In this document: piece by piece, positions 58,406-64,000 of the stretch
Position numbering within the stretch: position 1 is the stretch's first letter
Layout: each line of letters begins with the position of its first letter
From: an uncultured Clostridia bacterium
Lineage (GTDB): Bacteria; Bacillota; Clostridia; Christensenellales; QALW01
Direction: 5' to 3'
DNA: 64,000 nucleotides
NCBI GenBank assembly: GCA_958448705.1
Contig: CAUDEY010000001.1
Span: 177,924-241,923, forward strand
Position numbers and translations under genes: made by a program
The notes under the pieces: model-generated
Database searches by the model: none
What the model was told of the DNA's origin: nothing
What the model saw: only the letters and a program-made list of their open reading frames with translations

Positions 58406-61012
58406 TTATACCGTTACCTGCAGGACTCCGCTCTCATCGGTATCTACAGTAATCGTATCGTTGATATTCAGTTCTTTTGAAAGAATCGTGCGGGCGATCA
58501 TCGTTTCTACATGGCTCTGGATATACCGCTTCAACGGTCGGGCGCCATAGATCGGGTCAAATCCATGTTCTATGATATACTCTTTTGCTCTTTCGGTAAT
58601 ATGCAGCTTTAAAGAACGATCGGCAAGCCGTGCCTCCAAATGTTTAAGCATAATATCAATAATCTGGCCCATATCTTCTTTACGAAGAGGCTTGTAGAAC
58701 ACAATTTCATCTAATCGATTCAAAAATTCCGGCCGGAAACTATTCTTCAGCAAAGAGGAAACCCCCTCTTTTGCCTGCTGTGATATCTCGCCGTTGGCGT
58801 CGATTCCCTCCAGCAGCAGCTGAGAACCCAAATTACTGGTAAGAATGATAACGGTGTTTTTAAAATCCACCGTACGGCCCTGAGAATCGGTAATTCTTCC
58901 GTCGTCCAATACCTGCAGTAAAATATTGAAAACATCCGGATGTGCCTTTTCAATTTCATCAAACAGTACTACTGAATACGGTTTTCTTCTTACCTCCTCC
59001 GTCAGCTGGCCGCCCTCATCATAGCCCACATATCCCGGAGGGGCGCCGATCAAACGGGAAACAGAGAATTTCTCCATATATTCGCTCATATCGATACGAA
59101 TCATATTATGTTCATCATCAAATAAGCTCTCTGCCAGCGCTTTAGCCAGTTCCGTTTTTCCCACACCCGTAGGCCCCAGGAACAGAAAGGAACCAATCGG
59201 CCGGTTCGGGTCGCCGATCCCTGCCCGGGATCGAAGAATCGCCTCGGTAACCTTCGTCACGGCCTCTTCCTGGCCAACCACACGCCGATGCAGAATTTCA
59301 TCCAAGTGCAGAATTTTCTCCCTCTCTCCTTCCACCAGCTTTGCCACGGGAATTCCCGTCCACTTTGCTACGATACCCGCAATTTCCTCCTTCGTAACGG
59401 TATCGCGCACTAAGCTGTTGCTTGGCTTATCGGCACGCTCTTCGCTCTTCTTCTGTGCTTCTGCCAGCTTTTGTTCAAGTGCCGGCAAAACGGAATACCG
59501 AAGCTTTGCGGCTTTCTCATATTCATAATTGCGCTGGGCGGTCTCAATATCGCTTTGTGTTTGATCAATCTCTGTTTTGATATTTTTTACCGCATCGATC
59601 TCCTGTTTATCAGCCTCCCAGGCTGCTTTCATACTATTGAATGTTTCTCTGGCCTCCGCCAGTTCAGCCTTCAGTTTCTCCAACCGTTCTTTAGAAAGCG
59701 TGTCTGTTTCCTTGGAAAGCGCCATTTCTTCAATTTCCATCTGCATAATCCGGCGCCGCACGTCGTCCAGCTCCGCGGGCATGGAATCAATCTCCGTGCG
59801 TATCAATGCGCAGGCTTCATCCACAAGGTCAATGGCCTTATCCGGCAGAAAACGATCGGTGATATAGCGATTAGAAAGCGTTGCCGCAGCTATTAAAGCA
59901 TTGTCATGAATCTGTACGCCGTGAAAAATTTCATATTTCTCTTTTAACCCCCGCAGGATAGAAATGGTATCCTCCACAGTAGGTTCATCCACCTGTACCG
60001 GCTGGAACCGTCTCTCCAACGCGGCATCTTTTTCAATATATTGACGGTACTCATCCAGTGTTGTTGCACCAATACAATGCAGCTCACCGCGGGCAAGCAT
60101 CGGCTTCAGCAGGTTGCCTGCATCCATAGCGCCGTCCGTCTTTCCGGCACCTACGATCGTATGCAGCTCATCAATGAACAGAATAATCCTGCCCTCGCTG
60201 CTCTTGATCTCATTCAATACGGCTTTCAGCCGCTCTTCAAATTCACCCCTGAACTTGGCGCCGGCAATCAGTGAGCCCATATCCAGGGAAAAAATCGTTT
60301 TTTCTTTTAATCCTTCCGGCACATCACCGCGTACGATCCGCTGCGCGAGTCCCTCGGCTATCGCAGTCTTACCTACGCCCGGCTCACCGATTAATACCGG
60401 GTTATTTTTCGTTTTTCTTGAAAGAATACGGATTACATTTCGTATTTCCGTATCCCGCCCGATTACAGGGTCCAATTTTCCCTCCTTGGCTCTTTCCACA
60501 AGATCAAAACCGTATTTATTCAATGCATCATAAGTGCCCTCAGGATTATCACTGGTTACCTTCTGGCCGGCCTTTACCTTATCGAGCTCTTTTGCAAAGT
60601 TTTCCTTGGTAATATTAAACTGACGAAAAACCTCCTTAAGCTTTGCGGTAGGATTCTGTAATATCGCCAGCATGATATGTTCTACCGAAACATATTCGTC
60701 TCCGTTCTTTTGGGCAAGTTTCTCTGCCGAAGCTAAGACTTTATCCGTTTCCGGTGAAATATACACTTTGTCCGGCTCTCTGCCGCTGCCGCTGACCTTT
60801 GGAAGGCCCTCGATTCCTGCATCAACCGCTGCGGCAAGTTTATCGGTATCAATGCCCATTTTATTCAAAAGACTGCCGATCAGCCCCCCGTTCTGGTCAA
60901 CCAAGGCATATACGATATGCTCGGGCATAATCTGCATATTTTGATTTTCAATTGCAATTCTGTGCGCCGTTTGGATTGCTTCCATTGTTTTTTGCGTAAA
61001 TTTGTCCGTCAT
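58406..61012 (-). CDS. clpB: ATP-dependent chaperone ClpB
   Basis: 868 aa with two AAA+ modules ([16 protein letters not shown]) and a long middle coiled-coil. Confidence 0.95.
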   Translation of the reverse strand: MTDKFTQKTMEAIQTAHRIAIENQNMQIMPEHIVYALVDQNGGLIGSLLNKMGIDTDKLAAAVDAGIEGLPKVSGSGREPDKVYISPETDKVLASAEKLAQKNGDEYVSVEHIMLAILQNPTAKLKEVFRQFNITKENFAKELDKVKAGQKVTSDNPEGTYDALNKYGFDLVERAKEGKLDPVIGRDTEIRNVIRILSRKTKNNPVLIGEPGVGKTAIAEGLAQRIVRGDVPEGLKEKTIFSLDMGSLIAGAKFRGEFEERLKAVLNEIKSSEGRIILFIDELHTIVGAGKTDGAMDAGNLLKPMLARGELHCIGATTLDEYRQYIEKDAALERRFQPVQVDEPTVEDTISILRGLKEKYEIFHGVQIHDNALIAAATLSNRYITDRFLPDKAIDLVDEACALIRTEIDSMPAELDDVRRRIMQMEIEEMALSKETDTLSKERLEKLKAELAEARETFNSMKAAWEADKQEIDAVKNIKTEIDQTQSDIETAQRNYEYEKAAKLRYSVLPALEQKLAEAQKKSEERADKPSNSLVRDTVTKEEIAGIVAKWTGIPVAKLVEGEREKILHLDEILHRRVVGQEEAVTKVTEAILRSRAGIGDPNRPIGSFLFLGPTGVGKTELAKALAESLFDDEHNMIRIDMSEYMEKFSVSRLIGAPPGYVGYDEGGQLTEEVRRKPYSVVLFDEIEKAHPDVFNILLQVLDDGRITDSQGRTVDFKNTVIILTSNLGSQLLLEGIDANGEISQQAKEGVSSLLKNSFRPEFLNRLDEIVFYKPLRKEDMGQIIDIMLKHLEARLADRSLKLHITERAKEYIIEHGFDPIYGARPLKRYIQSHVETMIARTILSKELNINDTITVDTDESGVLQVTV

Positions 61013-61656
61013 ATTAAATCTACCCCCTTATCCAGGTATTCCTTATACATGGTTTCAATTGCATTTTCGTCATATTTACCGCTTAAATAACCTTTCATAA
61101 CGGTATCAAACATTCGGATATAATTTGAAATTGCATCGGCAATTTGGCGACTGGTATAATTCTTATCCTGCGGAACAGTAATACTGCGGATAAAACGACC
61201 TTCATATAAAGCATACCGTATACCGGTATTTCTCCCATGCTTCTTTTCCACATGCGCCCACAGTTTAAAAAAACGATTCATTGCCTCAATCAAAGACGGC
61301 GACTGTGTGCGGAATACGACACTCAGCTGACCGATCGCACCGCCGTCAGGCTCCCGGTACAGCTCTACATCGTATTTAATCGTAGGTCGATACCGATATT
61401 CCAAGCTGCTTTTTAATGACATGGTACTTTGATGCGGTGCAACGTAAGGAACAATATCCGCTTCACAGCTATTGATAAAATCCTCTATTGTTTTAAAAAT
61501 ATTGCTGATACGCATCTCCGGCGTGGTAAAGGAGACATATTCGGCCAGGATCTGGTTAATCAGGTTGGAACGGTTCGTATTCTGCTGCAGCGCCTGCCGA
61601 TCGATTTCCCGTACTACCTCATCCATCAGCATTACACTATATAAACTCTTACTCAA
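61009..61656 (-). CDS. ribbon-helix-helix-like N-terminal domain protein, translationally coupled to clpB
   Basis: TTG start after GGAGGAGAG. The N-terminus [36 protein letters not shown] follows the RHH pattern. ATGA overlap with the clpB start. Confidence 0.5.
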   Translation of the reverse strand: MSKSLYSVMLMDEVVREIDRQALQQNTNRSNLINQILAEYVSFTTPEMRISNIFKTIEDFINSCEADIVPYVAPHQSTMSLKSSLEYRYRPTIKYDVELYREPDGGAIGQLSVVFRTQSPSLIEAMNRFFKLWAHVEKKHGRNTGIRYALYEGRFIRSITVPQDKNYTSRQIADAISNYIRMFDTVMKGYLSGKYDENAIETMYKEYLDKGVDLI

Positions 61657-61710
61657 AGATACTCTCCTCCATTCCGGGCATTCAGACCGTTTGCCCCTTT
61701 TGATGTTCTC

Positions 61711-61739
61711 ATTATAATCTAATCAAATAAATTTGTCAA
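61711..61739 (-). promoter_or_regulatory. consensus promoter of the RHH-clpB operon
   Basis: Minus strand: TTGACA, 17 nt, TATAAT. Confidence 0.7.
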
Positions 61740-61866
61740 GTATTTTATATAAATTATTTATCGAATTTTATATATTTTATTCCGAATCTCTTTTGTCGTT
61801 ATTTTTTTCTGCTTTATTTTGCTGTTTTAGTGATAAATTCTTGTAAGAATTTTTTTATTTTGGATA

Positions 61867-61895
61867 TTGACTTTTCACTTTCTCCCGTGTATAAT
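61867..61895 (+). promoter_or_regulatory. near-consensus promoter of an ORF-less transcription unit
   Basis: TTGACT (61867-61872), 17 nt, TATAAT (61890-61895). Confidence 0.65.
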
Positions 61896-61909
61896 GAAAG
61901 TGTAAATAG

Positions 61910-62216
61910 AAAGAAAGAGGGAGTCCAATGGGAATTTAATATTTCTAACCTTAAAAATTTAAAAGAAAGACGTGAATCCAATGGGACAGTAATTTGATAA
62001 AATAAGCTTCTGTAAAGGATGGTATGATCTTATGTTCAGAAATGCAATTTTTATCAAACTTTAAAAAAGAAAGAGGGAGTCCAATGATAACCGTCTAACC
62101 AAGGTTCCTATTCCTTTATAATTTAGTTTTCCCTTTTTGTAAATTTTTATGGAGTGTTGCGTATGTTTCTTCTCCTTTTCATTTACAAAATCTAAAAGGA
62201 AGATGTGAGTCCAATG
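61910..62216 (+). repeat. four dispersed copies of a roughly 20-nt purine-rich motif ending in TCCAATG
   Basis: AAAGAAAGAGGGAGTCCAATG at 61910-61930 and again at 62066-62086 (21/21 identical). AAAGAAAGACGTGAATCCAATG ends at 61983. AAAGGAAGATGTGAGTCCAATG ends at 62216. Confidence 0.85.
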
Positions 62217-62316
62217 TTTCATTTAGCAAAAAAATTAAATATCATATACAATAAATAATTTTTCTATTGAACCAATAGAAGCAGAAATGAGATATATCAT
62301 AAAATGCATAAAACAG

Positions 62317-62351
62317 CCCCGCAGCAAAATTTGCTGCGGGGTTACTTTTTT
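62317..62351. terminator. strong intrinsic terminator (usable on both strands)
   Basis: CCCCGCAGCAAA-A-TTTGCTGCGGGG followed by TTACTTTTTT. Confidence 0.8.
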
Positions 62352-62374
62352 AGCACTGGCGGCTCACCGCCAAA

Positions 62375-63022
62375 CTATGAAGATTCCTCCTGCTTTTTTT
62401 CTTCCTCCAGTGCAGGAAGATTCCACTTATAATATGCCGAAAAACAGCGAATAAGCAAAACTACAGCCGCACCAATACCTGCTGCGGCTGCGGCTCCCGT
62501 AACCTTCCAAAGCGCCGTGCATACTGCCGCACCGATCAAGGAAGCCAATGCATAGATATGCTTTACAAAAATATACGGAATGTCCCCCGCCAACGTATCC
62601 CGAAGGACTCCGCCGCCAACGCCGGTAATAATGCCAATAAAAATATGCAGCATAAAATTATATTCCGGAAAGGCTGCAATTGATGCAGTCACCCCTACAA
62701 CCGTAAAAGCGCCTAAGCCAATTGAATCCATCAAAAACAACAAAAATTCATATATTCTCTTTCTTCTCATAATACTGCGGCGCAGCGGCGCTATTAGAAA
62801 TACGGCCGCCGTGATTGTCGCCGTAATCGGATAAATAGGCTGACGGAATACCGCGGGCGGTGTCCGGCCTAAAATAAGGTCACGCAGTACCCCTCCGCCG
62901 AAGCAGGTAATCAGCGCCAATACATAGGCGCCAAAAATATCCATTTTTTTACGCATAGCAGTAACCACACCGGAAACTGCAAAAGAAACAAGCCCTAAAA
63001 TCTCAAGAACAATAAGAAACAT
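62375..63022 (-). CDS. TRIC-family (UPF0126/YadS-like) membrane protein
   Basis: Duplicated motif GGG(V)LRD(L/T)L. Start taken at ATG 63022, because the ORF-track start TTG 63094 is the -35 hexamer TTGACA. Confidence 0.75.
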   Translation of the reverse strand: MFLIVLEILGLVSFAVSGVVTAMRKKMDIFGAYVLALITCFGGGVLRDLILGRTPPAVFRQPIYPITATITAAVFLIAPLRRSIMRRKRIYEFLLFLMDSIGLGAFTVVGVTASIAAFPEYNFMLHIFIGIITGVGGGVLRDTLAGDIPYIFVKHIYALASLIGAAVCTALWKVTGAAAAAGIGAAVVLLIRCFSAYYKWNLPALEEEKKQEESS

Positions 63023-63065
63023 ACAACGAATCCCCGCACTGATTGCTGGTTTAAGCCTCCCATTA

Positions 63066-63094
63066 ATCGTAACATATTCTATGCGTAATGTCAA
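63066..63094 (-). promoter_or_regulatory. promoter of the TRIC-family gene
   Basis: Minus strand: TTGACA, 17 nt, TACGAT. Confidence 0.55.
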
Positions 63095-63116
63095 TTATGC
63101 ATAGGCGGGAAAATAC

Positions 63117-63145
63117 TTGCAAAATCACTTGCTTTATGCTATATT
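63117..63145 (+). promoter_or_regulatory. promoter of the methyltransferase gene leader
   Basis: TTGCAA, 17 nt, TATATT. Confidence 0.5.
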
Positions 63146-63346
63146 GAATATATTATGAATCATATTTGAGGTGTCTGTTTGGATATTGTCAGATAAGGAA
63201 CATGAATTGTACGGCTGAAAAGCGGCAAAGTCCGCTTTGTTTTGTTATACAATTTGATATCTGCAAGACTTCGACGGACTTTTTATTTGCTGTACTCATG
63301 TTCCGCTAACTTGTACTTTATTCTGTTTTTTGAAAGGAACATTTTT

Positions 63347-64000
63347 ATGAAATATAATAGAAGCAATCACTACGATAAACACCTGATACAAAGCAAAATT
63401 ATGGGACCGAACCCTATAAAGCTTGAAGAAGAGCTGCTTTCTAAGCATAAACTCTTTAAGGATGCTGTTGTTATGGATTTAGGCTGCGGCCGCGGTATTA
63501 CGAGCATCTTCCTTGTAAAAGAATACGGCTTTAGAGTTTTTTCGGTGGATTTATGGAGCAATCCTTCTGACAACAAACGTTTTTTTGATGAAATGGGTTT
63601 TTCCTCAAAGCAAATCATTCCGCTGAAAGGTGATGCAGCGTCTCTTCCCTTTGCCGAAGAGTTCTTTGACGGCATCGTCAGTATCGATTCCTATCACTAT
63701 TTTGGACGGGATAAGAATTTTTTAAAAGATAAATTATTGCCTTTGCTAAAGCATGGAGGGTACCTCTATATTGCCGTTCCCGGAATGAAAAAAGATCTGC
63801 ATGAAGCGCTCCCTCCCGAGCTTTTATTGTTCTGGACAAAAGAGGATCTGGATACGATCCATGATTGTTCCTGGTGGCGCAGTTTGATAGAAAAAACTCC
63901 CGGAATAGAAATCCTTTCTATCCACGAAATGGAAAGCAACGAGGAAGTATGGAAGGACTGGCTTGCCTGCGATAACGAATATGCCCGCGGTGACCGCAGA
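63347..64000 (+). CDS. class I SAM-dependent methyltransferase (3' end beyond the window)
   Basis: Not in the ORF track because there is no stop in the window. ATG 63347 follows AAAGGA. SAM motif VMDLGCGRGITS. Confidence 0.75.
   Translation, partial: MKYNRSNHYDKHLIQSKIMGPNPIKLEEELLSKHKLFKDAVVMDLGCGRGITSIFLVKEYGFRVFSVDLWSNPSDNKRFFDEMGFSSKQIIPLKGDAASLPFAEEFFDGIVSIDSYHYFGRDKNFLKDKLLPLLKHGGYLYIAVPGMKKDLHEALPPELLLFWTKEDLDTIHDCSWWRSLIEKTPGIEILSIHEMESNEEVWKDWLACDNEYARGDRR

Larger units (their letters stand above)
61902..62351 (+). ncRNA. candidate novel non-coding (or multi-mini-ORF) RNA of about 450 nt
   Basis: Bounded by a promoter and a strong terminator. No ORF is longer than 14 codons. Contains four copies of a conserved motif. 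Confidence 0.4.

Noticed and set aside
61910-62216. The four repeated motifs as a CRISPR array, or as tRNA-like T-arm fragments (GAGTCC/GAATCC).
   Set aside because: The spacing is irregular (53, 103 and 130 nt), the repeats are about 20 nt, purine-rich and non-palindromic, and there are no cas genes. No acceptor or anticodon arms can be drawn around them.
63370-63675. Minus-strand 101-aa ORF.
   Set aside because: It lies antisense to a clear SAM-dependent methyltransferase frame (63347 to the window end), which the track omits only because that frame has no stop inside the window.

Overview
This window looks like chromosomal DNA from a Clostridia-class Firmicute. That placement is inferred from the SCIFF peptide and radical-SAM maturase pair, GGAGG-type ribosome-binding sites, the pyrK/pyrD-B type pathway and the many cytoplasmic glycoside hydrolases. 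I found no rRNA, tRNA or CRISPR. Core content is a nine-gene pyrimidine operon (pyrC-carA-carB-pyrK-pyrD-pyrF-pyrE-pyrB-pyrI) behind an attenuator leader, an F-type ATP synthase operon with atypical c and delta subunits, tkt, and clpB. Accessory content is mainly glycan catabolism: two GH2 enzymes, a domain-permuted GH3 with three CBM-like repeats, a GH36-like enzyme, three GH99-like/WbsX-like paralogs, an SGNH esterase, an (alpha/alpha)6-type hydrolase, two AraC regulators and an orphan MsmX/MalK-type ATPase. The observations most worth follow-up: (1) a candidate invertible promoter (lox-like inverted repeats around a consensus promoter) between a tyrosine recombinase gene and a Gly-rich surface-protein gene; (2) a promoter-to-terminator unit of about 450 nt with no real ORF that carries four copies of a 20-nt SD-like motif ending in TCCAATG; (3) two paralogous tiny Cys/Asn/Gly-rich two-TM proteins; (4) a 74-aa truncated ATP synthase delta subunit alongside a c subunit with a partial Na+-type signature; (5) triple palindromic operators at an XRE/LRR divergent pair; (6) a GNAT gene with an in-frame amber codon behind a structured attenuator leader. 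All calls come from reading the sequence and ORF track by eye. No database search was run.
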